A stretch of 64,000 bases of DNA, taken from the NCBI GenBank assembly GCA_016200965.1, contig JACQDT010000021.1, positions 86 to 64,085 on the forward strand, given 5' to 3'. Positions 8,230 to 17,657 of the stretch are shown one piece after another; positions within the stretch are counted from its first letter, which is position 1, and the number at the start of each line of letters is the position of its first letter. Made by a program: the position numbers and the translations under genes. Below the pieces are notes generated by a model that saw only the letters and a program-made list of their open reading frames with translations, was not told the DNA's origin and searched no databases. This DNA is from Candidatus Azambacteria bacterium. GTDB taxonomy: Bacteria; Patescibacteriota; Minisyncoccia; GWC2-36-17; WO2-46-25.

Positions 8230-9095
8230 TGACTCTCTCTACCAAACAACTATTCCAGAAAGCGGAACAAGGCGGGTACGCCATCGGGCAGTTCAATGCG
8301 TCTACGGCCGATCAGATAAAGGCGATTATGAAAATCGCTAGAGCTTTGAAGTCCCCGGTCATCATCGGCACATCGGAAGGGGAGCGCGACTTTTTAGGTG
8401 TGCGGGTTGCGGTAAAACTGCTTGAAGCGTATGAAGAAGAAACGGGTTTGCCTATCATTTTAAACGCCGATCATACCAAGTCGGCGGCAAAGGCGGAGAT
8501 TGCGCTGAAGGCGGGATACAACTCCATTCATTTTGACGGTTCGGAGCTGGCGTACGAGGAAAACGTGAAACAGACGAAATATGTCGTAGAAATGTGCGCG
8601 CGTTTCAGTGCGGATATCTCAGTGGAAGGGGAGCTCGGGTTTTTGGCAGGCGCGTCAAAAATAATAAAAGAAAAGGTGGAAATAAAACCGGAATACTACA
8701 CCGACCCGGCGCAGGCGCTTGATTTTGTGACGCGTACCGGCGTGGACAGAATGGCAATCATCATCGGCAACAGCCACGGTATTTCCATTGAGGAGCCGGC
8801 GCTTGATATCGCGCGCCTGAAACAAACATACAATCTGATAAAAGGGAGGGCGGTGATCGTCTTGCATGGCGGCTCGGGGATTCCCGACGCGCAAATCAAA
8901 GACGCGATTGTAAATGGCATCCGCAAAATCAACGTCAACACCGAATTGCGCGCGGCGTTTCACGATACGCTTAAAAAGGTCTTGAATGAATCTGATGAAA
9001 CGACGCCGTATAAATATCTGGCGCCCGCCATGGACGCGATGGCTGATATCGTGGATAATAAAATAACGCTGTTTGGTAGCGCAAATAAGGTCTAA
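8229..9095 (+). CDS. fba: Class II fructose-bisphosphate aldolase
   Basis: ADH, FDGS, VEGELG, GNSHG, VLHGGSG, KINVNTE. Confidence 0.95.
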   Translation: MTLSTKQLFQKAEQGGYAIGQFNASTADQIKAIMKIARALKSPVIIGTSEGERDFLGVRVAVKLLEAYEEETGLPIILNADHTKSAAKAEIALKAGYNSIHFDGSELAYEENVKQTKYVVEMCARFSADISVEGELGFLAGASKIIKEKVEIKPEYYTDPAQALDFVTRTGVDRMAIIIGNSHGISIEEPALDIARLKQTYNLIKGRAVIVLHGGSGIPDAQIKDAIVNGIRKINVNTELRAAFHDTLKKVLNESDETTPYKYLAPAMDAMADIVDNKITLFGSANKV

Positions 9096-9103
9096 TAACG
9101 AAC

Positions 9104-10336
9104 ATGTTTTCATTTTTAAAGAAAAAAACAGGACAGGCGGCGGGAAAAGATATCGGGTTTGAAGAGCGGGAGCGGAAAACGCCCATCGCGGGGTATGTGT
9201 TGCTGATTGCGATGACAATCGTATCGTTATGGCTTGGGTTTACCGCGCTTTCCGATTTAGAAAATGTGCCCGCAAAGCCGCAAGCGCTTTCTTCCTGTTC
9301 GGTGCCATTTATTTCATACGGCTGGCAGGATGCGTGGCGTTTTAGCGGCACGTATTACGAATACTCCGTAAAACCGGTCTATAGCCCTGAAGCCGCATTT
9401 CCGTACCAAGTAAGACCTCCGTCGGCACAACCCTGCGTGTTTTCGGACATTGAAACAAAGCGCGGCGTCGCGGGCGCATTTGCGCAGACGAAAGGAACGC
9501 GCGATCAGATCGCGAATCTGCAAAATCAGTCAAATCAGAAACAAAACGCGCTTTCACAGCTGGATTCCCAAATTAATGAACTGCGGCGGCAATATGAACT
9601 TTCAATAGGAGAAAAAGGCGCAAAAGTATCCGGAGGAATCTATAACATCGGAGAATTACAGACGAAGTTAAAACCATTTGAGGAACAGAAGACGGCATTG
9701 GTGAATGAAGTTGCGAACATTCAGAATCAAATAAGCGCGGCATCCGATCAACTAAAGCCGTTCAACGAGAAACTGCGGGCGCTCTACAAAGAAGTGCTTG
9801 CGGACTGGCGCGTCCAGTGGCGGTGGTATGAGTTATGGGCATTCCTTCTCCAGGGACTTTTCGTGTTCCCGTTTTTCTTTATCATGCTGAAGACATATTT
9901 CCGCTTGAGCGCGAAAAACAGTCCGTATACCGTCATTGCCACCTTCACGCTTGCCACAGCATCCATTTTCGTCGTTAAAATCGCATGCGTGTATTTCTGG
10001 TCGCTGCTTTTGGCGGCGATTTTGGAAGCATTATGGGACCTTATCAACCGGATTCAGATACTCAAGAGCATTATCACGTATGCGGGAATGTTGCTGACAA
10101 TCGTCTTATTCGGCGGCGCGGTGTATTTGCTCCAGCGCAAGATTTTCAACCCTGCGCGGGTCGCTTTGCGTTATTTAAGGGATAAACGTTGCCCGTCCTG
10201 CCAGTTTTCTCTTGAGCTTTCCAAGAATTTCTGTCCGCATTGCGGAGAACAGATCCTAGAGAAATGTCCGAAATGCCATAGCGCGCGCTTTATACGGATG
10301 GCCGTGTGCCCGCACTGCGGAGATAGAAAAACATAG
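9104..10336 (+). CDS. Membrane protein with coiled coil and C-terminal double zinc ribbon
   Basis: TM helices, long Q/E/L-rich segment, four CxxC pairs at the C-terminus. Confidence 0.8.
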   Translation: MFSFLKKKTGQAAGKDIGFEERERKTPIAGYVLLIAMTIVSLWLGFTALSDLENVPAKPQALSSCSVPFISYGWQDAWRFSGTYYEYSVKPVYSPEAAFPYQVRPPSAQPCVFSDIETKRGVAGAFAQTKGTRDQIANLQNQSNQKQNALSQLDSQINELRRQYELSIGEKGAKVSGGIYNIGELQTKLKPFEEQKTALVNEVANIQNQISAASDQLKPFNEKLRALYKEVLADWRVQWRWYELWAFLLQGLFVFPFFFIMLKTYFRLSAKNSPYTVIATFTLATASIFVVKIACVYFWSLLLAAILEALWDLINRIQILKSIITYAGMLLTIVLFGGAVYLLQRKIFNPARVALRYLRDKRCPSCQFSLELSKNFCPHCGEQILEKCPKCHSARFIRMAVCPHCGDRKT

Positions 10337-10415
10337 AACATGAAGCATGAAACTTGAAACACAAATCTTGAATTTTCGTTTCACGTTTCACGTTTCAAGA
10401 TTTAAGATTCATGCC
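10330..10415. repeat. Inverted heptamer arrays upstream of murA
   Basis: AACATAG-AACATGA-AGCATGA-AACTTGA followed by TTCACGT-TTCACGT-TTCAAGA-TTTAAGA-TTCATG. Confidence 0.75.
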
Positions 10416-11718
10416 ATCAAAAGAAAAATTCATCATCACGGGAGGCAAGAAGCTGGAAGGGGATATAAAAGTGCGCGGCGCAAAAAACGCCGCTTTTGCC
10501 GTTCTTGCGGCGACGCTTCTTACCGATCAAGAGTGTGAAATAGACAATCTACCGCTGGTGGGCGATGTGATGGTCATGCTTGATATTTTAAAGAAAATAG
10601 GGGTACGGCATCGTTTTGTAGGAAAAAGGAAAATTGTTATTCAGGCAAAAAAACTTTATCCGGGCCGGATGCCGCATGAGCTCGTGGAGAAGATACGCGC
10701 GTCGATTTTATTATGGGGAGCGCTACCTTCGCGGGTGAAGCGGTTCGTCATGTATAAGCCGGGCGGGTGTTCCATCGGCGCGCGCATTTTGGATCCTCAT
10801 GTTGAAGCGCTGGGGAGCGCAGGGATCATTTCAAAACAAAAAAACGGTTATCTTGAGATATTAAGAAAAGATTCCATTTCATTGCGCAGAGAGGTGGTGC
10901 TCTCGGAAATGTCGGTTACTGCGACGGAGAACGTCATTTTAGCATCAGTGACGCGCAAAGGGGTGACAGAAGTGTTCTGCGCGACTCTGGAGCCGCATGT
11001 GCAGGACATGTGCCACATGCTCAATAAAATGGGCGCCGAGATTTCAGGCATCGGCACTAATACGCTTGTGATACGGGGCGTTGAAAAATTGAAGGGAGTA
11101 TCGCATACCATCATACCCGATCCGATTGAAATGGGGACTTTCATCGCTCTTGCGGCCGCGACCAAAAGCCACCTGACGATACGAAACTGCGTTCCTGAAT
11201 TCATAAAATTCGATATGTTGAAATTCAAGGAGGCGCATGTTACATTGAAAGTGAAAAACGAAAAAACGGCACAGTTCGGGTGGGGGTACAGAACTGCCGA
11301 TATTGAAGTGTTTCCTTCGCACTTAAAAGCCGTCAAGAAAGTGCACAATCTTCCGTATCCCGGATTGTGTCCCGATGTTCTTCCCATGTTCGCCGTGCTT
11401 GCGACGCAGGCAAAAGGAGTGACGCTGATCCATGATTGGATGTACGAAGGACGGCTCAAATATATTGATGAACTCAAACGGATGGGCGCGGACGCGTTCA
11501 TATGCGACCCCCATCGGGCGCTCATTACGGGCCCGACCCCGCTTGAAGGAAAAGAAATCACTAGTTTTGATCTGCGCGCGGGAGCAGTGCTTCTTATCGC
11601 CGCGCTGTGCGCCAAAGGAGAAACGATAATCTATAACGCGCATCAGGTTGACCGCGGATATGAAAGCATTGAAGCGCGCTTGAGAAAGATAGGAGCCGTC
11701 ATAACACGCGCGGCGTAA
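10411..11718 (+). CDS. murA: UDP-N-acetylglucosamine 1-carboxyvinyltransferase
   Basis: GAKNA, RAS, PGGCSIGAR, SVTATEN, DLRAG, DRGYE. Confidence 0.96.
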   Translation: MPSKEKFIITGGKKLEGDIKVRGAKNAAFAVLAATLLTDQECEIDNLPLVGDVMVMLDILKKIGVRHRFVGKRKIVIQAKKLYPGRMPHELVEKIRASILLWGALPSRVKRFVMYKPGGCSIGARILDPHVEALGSAGIISKQKNGYLEILRKDSISLRREVVLSEMSVTATENVILASVTRKGVTEVFCATLEPHVQDMCHMLNKMGAEISGIGTNTLVIRGVEKLKGVSHTIIPDPIEMGTFIALAAATKSHLTIRNCVPEFIKFDMLKFKEAHVTLKVKNEKTAQFGWGYRTADIEVFPSHLKAVKKVHNLPYPGLCPDVLPMFAVLATQAKGVTLIHDWMYEGRLKYIDELKRMGADAFICDPHRALITGPTPLEGKEITSFDLRAGAVLLIAALCAKGETIIYNAHQVDRGYESIEARLRKIGAVITRAA

Positions 11719-11732
11719 TGTAATTTACGGAC

Positions 11733-12740
11733 ATGTTTATCCGAAAAATCGGTATAGATCTGGGAACCACCAACACACTGGTTTTTATTCCTAAAAGAGG
11801 AGTGGTAGTGAACGAGCCATCGGTGGTGGCCGTGTCGGCGCACGACAAATCCGTCATGGCGGTGGGCGCGGAAGCGAAAGAAATGCTCGGACGCACGCCG
11901 GACGCCATTATCGCTCTGCGGCCATTGAAGGAAGGCGTCATCGCGGACTACAAGATTACCGAAGCGATGATTTCCTATTTTCTTACGAAAGGATGCGGGC
12001 GGATTAGATTCTTTAAGCCGGAGATGATGATTTCCGTTCCGGCGGGTATTACGTCGACGGAACGCCGCGCAGTGGTGGATGCGGCGATGCAGGCGGGCGC
12101 GAAAGCGGCGTACGTGGTGAAAGAGCCGGTGCTTGCGGCAATCGGCGCCGGTATTCCCATCAATGAGGCATCGGGCAATATGATCATCAATATCGGCGGC
12201 GGGACGTCTGAAATTGCGGTGATATCGCTTGGCGGGATCGTGGCATGGTCTTCCGTGCGGGTCGCGGGAAACAAGATAGACGAAGCGATCACGGAATATA
12301 TGCACAAGGTTCATAATTTAGAAATAGGGGAGCGGACTGCGGAAAATGTGAAAATTACTATTGGTTCGGCGGTGCCTGTCAAGGATGAAGAGGAAATAGA
12401 TGTGCGCGGAAGAGATATCGTGACCGGATTACCCAGAACGGTGAACATCTCTACGAATGAGGTGGCGGATGCGATCGCGGAGCCCCTGAAAGAGATCGTG
12501 CGCGCAGTAAAATCAGTATTGCAAGATACGCCGCCGGAACTCGCGGCGGATATCATGCATAAAGGGATGGTACTGTCCGGCGGCGGAGCGTTGTTGCGCA
12601 ATATTGACCAACTCTTGTTTAAAGTTACGGGCGTGGCGTGCACAAAAGCGAACGACCCGCTTTTGTGCGTCGCGAGAGGAACCGGTATCGTGCTTGAAAA
12701 TCTTGACGTGTATAAACGAAGTGTCATGAGTAAAAAATAA
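11733..12740 (+). CDS. mreB: Rod shape-determining protein MreB
   Basis: GIDLGTTNT, NEPSVVA, IGGGTSE, TPPELAAD, LSGGGALL. Confidence 0.96.
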   Translation: MFIRKIGIDLGTTNTLVFIPKRGVVVNEPSVVAVSAHDKSVMAVGAEAKEMLGRTPDAIIALRPLKEGVIADYKITEAMISYFLTKGCGRIRFFKPEMMISVPAGITSTERRAVVDAAMQAGAKAAYVVKEPVLAAIGAGIPINEASGNMIINIGGGTSEIAVISLGGIVAWSSVRVAGNKIDEAITEYMHKVHNLEIGERTAENVKITIGSAVPVKDEEEIDVRGRDIVTGLPRTVNISTNEVADAIAEPLKEIVRAVKSVLQDTPPELAADIMHKGMVLSGGGALLRNIDQLLFKVTGVACTKANDPLLCVARGTGIVLENLDVYKRSVMSKK

Positions 12741-12743
12741 ATT

Positions 12744-13820
12744 ATGGTTATCGGTATTCACGCGAAAGGCGCGTTTAAATATGAACGAACAGGGGTAGAG
12801 GAATACGTGTTTCAGCTTATCAAGCATTTCGCGATGCTTGATGAGTCGAAAAATCACATATTTCAACTCTATACATCACATACGCACAATACGCTTTTTC
12901 TTCCGTATCATTTCCAGGTAAAACGCCTGTACAACCCTCTCTTTTGGACAAACGGGAGGTTGTCTTTAAACATGTTGTTTCATCCTCCCGATGTTCTTTT
13001 TATGCCGGCTAATTTCCTTCCGCTTTTTTATCCGCGTAAAAATGTGGTAACCATTCACGGACTGGAGTTTGAATATTATCCGGAGGCGTTTTCTCCCGAC
13101 TATTTGGAATATCTCAAGAGAGGAACAAAAAAAACCGTGGATCGCGCACATAAGATCATTGTCCCGTCATTTGCCACGCGCGACGATCTGGTCACGTTTT
13201 ACCGCGCCGATCCGAAAAAAATCACGGTCATCCCTCACGGGGTCAATCCGCAGATCGCGTATCATCATCGGTATCCGCCCATTGATGAAAAATACATTTT
13301 ATTCATAGGACGCCTTGAGAAAAAAAAGAACGTAAAAAGCATTGTAAAGGCATACGCGATCCTAAAAGAAAAATACAAAGTGTCTCATAAGCTTGTGCTG
13401 GTCGGAGCTCCCGGGTTTGGCTATGATGAAATACAAAAGGAAATAGAGGATACGATATATAAGACCGATATTATTGTAACGGGATACATCAGCCACGAAG
13501 AAAAAGAATCGTTTTTTAAATACGCGGACGTGTTCGTATTTCCCTCCTTGTATGAAGGATTCGGCATGATGTCGGTGCTTGAGTCCCAATTGCGGCAAGT
13601 CCCCGTCGTAAGTTCAAACATACCAAGCATAAAAGAGATTGCGGGCGACGGCGCGATGCTGGTAGATCCTCACAGCGTAGCACAGCTTACGGAGGCCGTG
13701 TATAGCGTGATTTCCGATGATGACGCGCGTAAGAAATTGGTGGAAAAAGGGCTGAAAAACACACAGAAATACAGTTGGTATAAATGCGCACAGCAGACCC
13801 TCGCGACGCTTGTTTCTTGA
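12744..13820 (+). CDS. Glycosyltransferase family 4
   Basis: FIGRLEKKKN and FPSLYEGFG motifs. Confidence 0.92.
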   Translation: MVIGIHAKGAFKYERTGVEEYVFQLIKHFAMLDESKNHIFQLYTSHTHNTLFLPYHFQVKRLYNPLFWTNGRLSLNMLFHPPDVLFMPANFLPLFYPRKNVVTIHGLEFEYYPEAFSPDYLEYLKRGTKKTVDRAHKIIVPSFATRDDLVTFYRADPKKITVIPHGVNPQIAYHHRYPPIDEKYILFIGRLEKKKNVKSIVKAYAILKEKYKVSHKLVLVGAPGFGYDEIQKEIEDTIYKTDIIVTGYISHEEKESFFKYADVFVFPSLYEGFGMMSVLESQLRQVPVVSSNIPSIKEIAGDGAMLVDPHSVAQLTEAVYSVISDDDARKKLVEKGLKNTQKYSWYKCAQQTLATLVS

Positions 13821-13826
13821 GTCCCC

Positions 13827-13855
13827 TTGACGTTTATTGTTTTTGGGACTATAAT
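13827..13855 (+). promoter_or_regulatory. Sigma70 promoter of the rplJL leader
   Basis: TTGACG-17 nt-TATAAT. Confidence 0.8.
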
Positions 13856-13865
13856 GCCATATATA

Positions 13866-13913
13866 CCGTAGACAAGGGGCTGGTGTCGTCAGACACCATA
13901 AGACCTCTCGAGG
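13866..13913 (+). promoter_or_regulatory. Ribosomal protein L10 leader (autoregulatory RNA)
   Basis: CCGTAGACAAGGGG-hairpin(TGGTGTC/GACACCA)-TAAGA-CCTCTCGAGG resembles the L10-leader consensus; lies upstream of rplJ. Confidence 0.8.
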
Positions 13914-13916
13914 CAC

Positions 13917-13992
13917 AGTTAGAAATTAGAAAATAGCGAGTAGCGAGTAATGTTGTTTTTTCTACTCGCTGCCACCTAAATTCTACTTTCTG
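13917..13992. repeat. Inverted heptamer arrays inside the rplJ leader
   Basis: TAGAAAT-TAGAAAA-TAGCGAG-TAGCGAG versus CTACTCG-CTGCCAC-CTAAATT-CTACTTT. Confidence 0.7.
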
Positions 13993-14000
13993 TCCGTTCT

Positions 14001-14024
14001 ACGGCCTTTAAAAGGTCGTTTTTT
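14001..14024 (+). terminator. Attenuator terminator in the rplJ leader
   Basis: ACGGCCTT/AAGGTCGT stem followed by a T-tract. Confidence 0.7.
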
Positions 14025-14084
14025 AATTAGGTTTCTCTAAATTTTCAAGTCCGCAGGACGCAGGAAATTTATCAAAAACCAATT

Positions 14085-14129
14085 ACCCCGCCCTTATTCT
14101 GCAATAGAATATTATGCGAAGGGCGGGGT
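14085..14129. repeat. GC-rich hairpin in the rplJ 5' region
   Basis: ACCCCGCCCTT / AAGGGCGGGGT perfect 11-bp inverted repeat. Confidence 0.7.
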
Positions 14130-14188
14130 GCTCACTGTGATGGTACAATTTCCATCGCTGGGAGCTTGTAAATTGTAATCACACTGGC

Positions 14189-14749
14189 ATGCCACTTACA
14201 AAAAAACAAAAAGGAGAAATCATAAATTCGGTTGTTGAAAAGTTTTCCAAGAGCAAAACCCTTATTTTTACCTACTTCACGAAAATAAGCGTGGAAAAAA
14301 TCAAAAAATTGCGAAAGAATTTGAAGATGAAAGGATCTGATTTTAAGGTGATAAAAAAGAGCTTGCTTGGGGTGGCGCTGGAAAAAGCGAAGATCAACAT
14401 TGAAGGGATTGACGTGGAAAAAGCGTTTGATGCGGTCGGCGTCGTATTCGGCGGAAAAGATCAGATTCAGATCGCAAGGGCTGTTTCTGTGTTCGCGCGC
14501 GCCAAGAGCAATGAGACGTTCAAGGTGCTTGGCGGGGCATTTGACGGACAATTTGCGGGAGTAGAAAAAATCACCGCATTGGCAAGAATGTCTTCACAGG
14601 AAGAATTGTATGCGCGGCTTTTGGGACAATTCAAGGCCCCTTTGTCGCGGCTCGCATATGTGTTGAAAGCGGTTTCAGAGAAACGGCAACCCGCGAACGC
14701 AGAGAGCGGAGCCACGACTCGGCAGGCCTCGCTGGACTGCTGTTTGTAA
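14189..14749 (+). CDS. rplJ: 50S ribosomal protein L10; C-terminus replaced by nested elements A+B
   Basis: MPLTKKQK, LRKNLK, KVIKKSLL, ELYARLLGQFKAPL; directly upstream of rplL. Confidence 0.92.
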   Translation: MPLTKKQKGEIINSVVEKFSKSKTLIFTYFTKISVEKIKKLRKNLKMKGSDFKVIKKSLLGVALEKAKINIEGIDVEKAFDAVGVVFGGKDQIQIARAVSVFARAKSNETFKVLGGAFDGQFAGVEKITALARMSSQEELYARLLGQFKAPLSRLAYVLKAVSEKRQPANAESGATTRQASLDCCL

Positions 14750-14800
14750 CCAATCGCTTTGCTCTTGGACAAACAGGGAGCAGTCGTCGCATGACGGCAA
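14683..14800 (+). mobile_element. Element A copy interrupted by element B
   Basis: ACGGCAA direct repeat at 14683-14689 and 14794-14800, 111 bp apart (42+69). Confidence 0.9.
14710..14781 (-). mobile_element. Element B copy 2 (69 bp) nested in element A
   Basis: (GG)AGC duplication at 14708-14712 and 14777-14781; reverse complement of the rpe insertion. Confidence 0.88.
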
Positions 14801-14845
14801 TCAGTCTAAGTAGGGTTTGGTCGAATTATTAATTCTATTACAACT

Positions 14846-15217
14846 ATGGCGGATAAATTGAACAAATTGGTTGAGGAAATTGAGAAATTAAGCGCGATTG
14901 AGATAGTTGACTTGGTGAAGATACTTGAGGAGAAATTCGGAGTATCTGCGGCCGCTCCGGTTGCGGTTGCGGCAGGTGGGGGAGAAGTAGCTGCGGCGGA
15001 AGAGAAAACTTCGTTTTCTATTGAATTGAAAACGGCAGGCGAGCAGAAGATTCAGGTGATTAAAGTGCTAAGGGAGATAACAGGACTTGGCCTGAAGGAA
15101 GCAAAAGACATGGTAGATAAGGCTCCGAAAGTGGTGAAGGAGAACGTCTCCAAGGCGGACGCTGAAGAGATGAAGAAAAAGATTGAAGCAACAGGCGCGA
15201 CGGTAGAGATCAAGTAG
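14846..15217 (+). CDS. rplL: 50S ribosomal protein L7/L12
   Basis: [27 protein letters not shown]. Confidence 0.98.
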   Translation: MADKLNKLVEEIEKLSAIEIVDLVKILEEKFGVSAAAPVAVAAGGGEVAAAEEKTSFSIELKTAGEQKIQVIKVLREITGLGLKEAKDMVDKAPKVVKENVSKADAEEMKKKIEATGATVEIK

Positions 15218-15233
15218 GGCTTTACTGCATTAC

Positions 15234-15268
15234 ACACACCCCGGGTTCTCCTTGGGGTGTGTTATTTT
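15234..15268 (+). terminator. Rho-independent terminator after rplL
   Basis: ACACACCCC...GGGGTGTGT stem plus T-rich tail. Confidence 0.8.
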
Positions 15269-16881
15269 TATTGATGCGGGAAGACGTATATCCTTTCTTT
15301 TGTCAGAAGGAGTATCTCTTTTTTATCCTGTGATATCTCAAAATCGATGACAGGAGGGATAGTTCCCAAAAAAACCGTCTCTGTATTTCCATGTATGCTG
15401 CGCTTGATAATCTGGCTTCCTTTTTGAAGCGTATACGCCGCTTCCTGGGTTTCGCGCGTGTTTTGCGCCGAAGCCGTATTAAGAATTTTTTTGAGTGTTT
15501 TTGCCACTTTTACCAATTCATTCTCTTTCGGGAACAGCACATATGCCGCCTTTTGTTCATTATTTATGAAATAAAAATCCCCGTCTTTTGCAAGCATGCG
15601 CTCTATTTTGAATGATTCGGAAAGACGGAGGAATGTGAAAGAAATATCCCCTGATTGTTTTTTCACTTTCGCATAAGTGTCGGGGGACTCCCCGAATACA
15701 TATACGAAGTCACCGCCATCAAATATATATGCCGGAAGGAATTTCATTGCGTTCAGATTTGTCCGCATGTCCGTCAATAAAAGGGGAATTTCCTTATGGA
15801 TACTGTACAGGTGAGCAAGGCGTTCGTCCGCTTCCTTAAAAAGTTTTTCGGCTGAGGAAGCGAGATACCAGGAAGGCATTATTCGTAATGTCTCGGATTG
15901 GATCTCACGCAACAATGATGCCGCTTCTTGTTTATTTTCTCCCGCAAGCGCATCCACACGCGTGAGTTTCGCGGAAAGTTGGCGAAGCGAGTAAAATCGT
16001 GTTCCAATTGCCGCGGCGTTCCATAAGACGGTTACCGCAAGGAAAGACATCGCGATGGAAAGAAGTCCGCGTTTCGAAGTAAATTGTTTTGCAACGAGCA
16101 AAAAAAGTTTTTTCATGCGGATCATGACCATGCTTTTTTCTTTTATCGGTTGTATTTCTGTACTGGCATTGTTGATGCGGGGCATTGTGGCAAACGGAAT
16201 CCACTGTGAAATACTACGCGCGTGTTTTACTTCAAGAAGAATCGCCGCTTGGTCGGGAAGGGGAATACGCCCATTGTTTTTCTGATAGATCTTGGTGATA
16301 ATCTCAGCTTGTTGAGCGAGATTGAGTGCGCATAATTTTTGTATACCTTTCTCCGAGAAAAGATCCATAACGCGCCCTGTGCTGAAAATAAATTTATCCG
16401 AGGGGACTATGCCGCCTGCAATGATCGTAGAGAACAATTCTTTTTTGTTCGCGTGCGCTTTTTTTGCGCTCATGTCAATGAGTCGGCCGGCGCGCCACAG
16501 CCAGGTGATGATATCTCCGATTGTGCAGAAGCGCACTTTATTTTCCGCGATGTTTATCACGCACAGATTGATATCTTGCGCGACATTCTTATTGGTTTTG
16601 CCGATATCTTCCAGTGCGGCGTTCGCTTTTTTCAGTGCGATCTCAAAACACGCTTCGGCGTTCTCTTCGCCGGGTTTGTAAAATTCCCTCCGGATGATCG
16701 AAGCGACGAGATTAGGGAGAAATTCCAATTGGGCTTTTCTGTTCTGCAGCCATCCTATGATATACAGCGAGCCGAATGGCTCTTCGTCAACGGTGGCGGG
16801 CTCATATACGAATGTTTCCGTGCCTCCGCTCCCGCGCGGTTCTTTAAGGATAATTTCCTTTGTTTCTATCTTATAGTTCAT
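15268..16881 (-). CDS. Hypothetical membrane protein with degenerate PP2C-like N-terminal domain
   Basis: Long ORF; FEIALKKAN..L, FCTIGD and DKFIFST pattern; central TM helix. Confidence 0.65.
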   Translation of the reverse strand: MNYKIETKEIILKEPRGSGGTETFVYEPATVDEEPFGSLYIIGWLQNRKAQLEFLPNLVASIIRREFYKPGEENAEACFEIALKKANAALEDIGKTNKNVAQDINLCVINIAENKVRFCTIGDIITWLWRAGRLIDMSAKKAHANKKELFSTIIAGGIVPSDKFIFSTGRVMDLFSEKGIQKLCALNLAQQAEIITKIYQKNNGRIPLPDQAAILLEVKHARSISQWIPFATMPRINNASTEIQPIKEKSMVMIRMKKLFLLVAKQFTSKRGLLSIAMSFLAVTVLWNAAAIGTRFYSLRQLSAKLTRVDALAGENKQEAASLLREIQSETLRIMPSWYLASSAEKLFKEADERLAHLYSIHKEIPLLLTDMRTNLNAMKFLPAYIFDGGDFVYVFGESPDTYAKVKKQSGDISFTFLRLSESFKIERMLAKDGDFYFINNEQKAAYVLFPKENELVKVAKTLKKILNTASAQNTRETQEAAYTLQKGSQIIKRSIHGNTETVFLGTIPPVIDFEISQDKKEILLLTKERIYVFPHQ

Positions 16882-16924
16882 GAATACGTAAATACGATAC
16901 TTCCATAATATCATGCCGCCGGCG

Positions 16925-16953
16925 TTGCATAAAGCGGCGTTTTTTGGTACAAT
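16925..16953 (+). promoter_or_regulatory. Sigma70 promoter, leaderless geometry
   Basis: TTGCAT-17-TACAAT with extended TG; ATG 7 nt downstream. Confidence 0.7.
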
Positions 16954-16960
16954 GTATTTC

Positions 16961-17521
16961 ATGACATTTGAACAGTTTTTCAGTTCGGAGATAAGGGCGC
17001 GGCTGGTGAAATTCTTCCTTTTAAATCACGGCAAGTTCTTCCAAGCGGGAGAAATCGCGCGGCGACTTGGCGTGTCTTCAGCGACGGCGAAAACCAATCT
17101 GAAGCGCCTGGTTAAAGACGGTTTTTTGAAATCGCGTTCATCACGCTTATTTTCGGTGAGTTATCAATTTCCGTATTTAAACGAGCTCAGGGCGCTTATT
17201 TCGCAATTTCCCCTTGTATCGGATGAGTGGATTCTGGAAAAGGCAAAACGCATGAAGCGGGTAAAGCTTTTGCTTGTTGCGGGCGCACTTATTCATGCTC
17301 CGAAAGCGCGAGTGGAAGTGTTTATCGTGGGCGATAAGATACGCGCAAAAACCGCCGAAAGGTTCATGCGTGAAATGGAAGCGATTGCGGCGAAAGAATT
17401 GCGGTACGCACTTATGACGACCCAGGAATTTTTATACCGCAAAAAGATGTTTGACCGCTTTGTGCTTGATACGCTTGAGTTCCCACATCGCCTGTTGGTG
17501 AATAAGCTAAAAATTCAATAG
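16961..17521 (+). CDS. Winged-HTH transcriptional regulator with nucleotidyltransferase-like C-terminal domain
   Basis: FSSEIRARLVKFF, EIARRLG..NLKRL HTH, VEVFIVGD. Confidence 0.75.
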   Translation: MTFEQFFSSEIRARLVKFFLLNHGKFFQAGEIARRLGVSSATAKTNLKRLVKDGFLKSRSSRLFSVSYQFPYLNELRALISQFPLVSDEWILEKAKRMKRVKLLLVAGALIHAPKARVEVFIVGDKIRAKTAERFMREMEAIAAKELRYALMTTQEFLYRKKMFDRFVLDTLEFPHRLLVNKLKIQ

Positions 17522-17530
17522 GTCGTCAGG

Positions 17531-17602
17531 GGGCGACTAGCTCAATGGTAGAGCGTTGCATTCACACTGCAAAGGCTGAAGGTTCGATCCCTTCGTCGCC
17601 CA
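17531..17602 (+). tRNA. tRNA-Val(CAC)
   Basis: GGGCGAC/GTCGCCC acceptor stem, TTGCA-TTCACAC-TGCAA anticodon arm, GGTTCGATCC T-loop. Confidence 0.95.
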
Positions 17603-17614
17603 CACCAAGACAAG

Positions 17615-17644
17615 AAGAAACCCTGCTTTTTGGCAGGGTTTCTT
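17615..17644. terminator. Bidirectional terminator
   Basis: AAGAAACCCTGC / GCAGGGTTTCTT 12-bp stem between convergent genes. Confidence 0.8.
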
Positions 17645-17657
17645 GCACATCGGAGAG

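Noticed and set aside
228-14800. Elements A/B as integron attC sites, introns or inteins
   Set aside because: No RYYYAAC...GTTRRRY box pair or integrase; far too short for self-splicing introns; no intein terminal residues. RNA-level removal cannot be excluded without transcripts.
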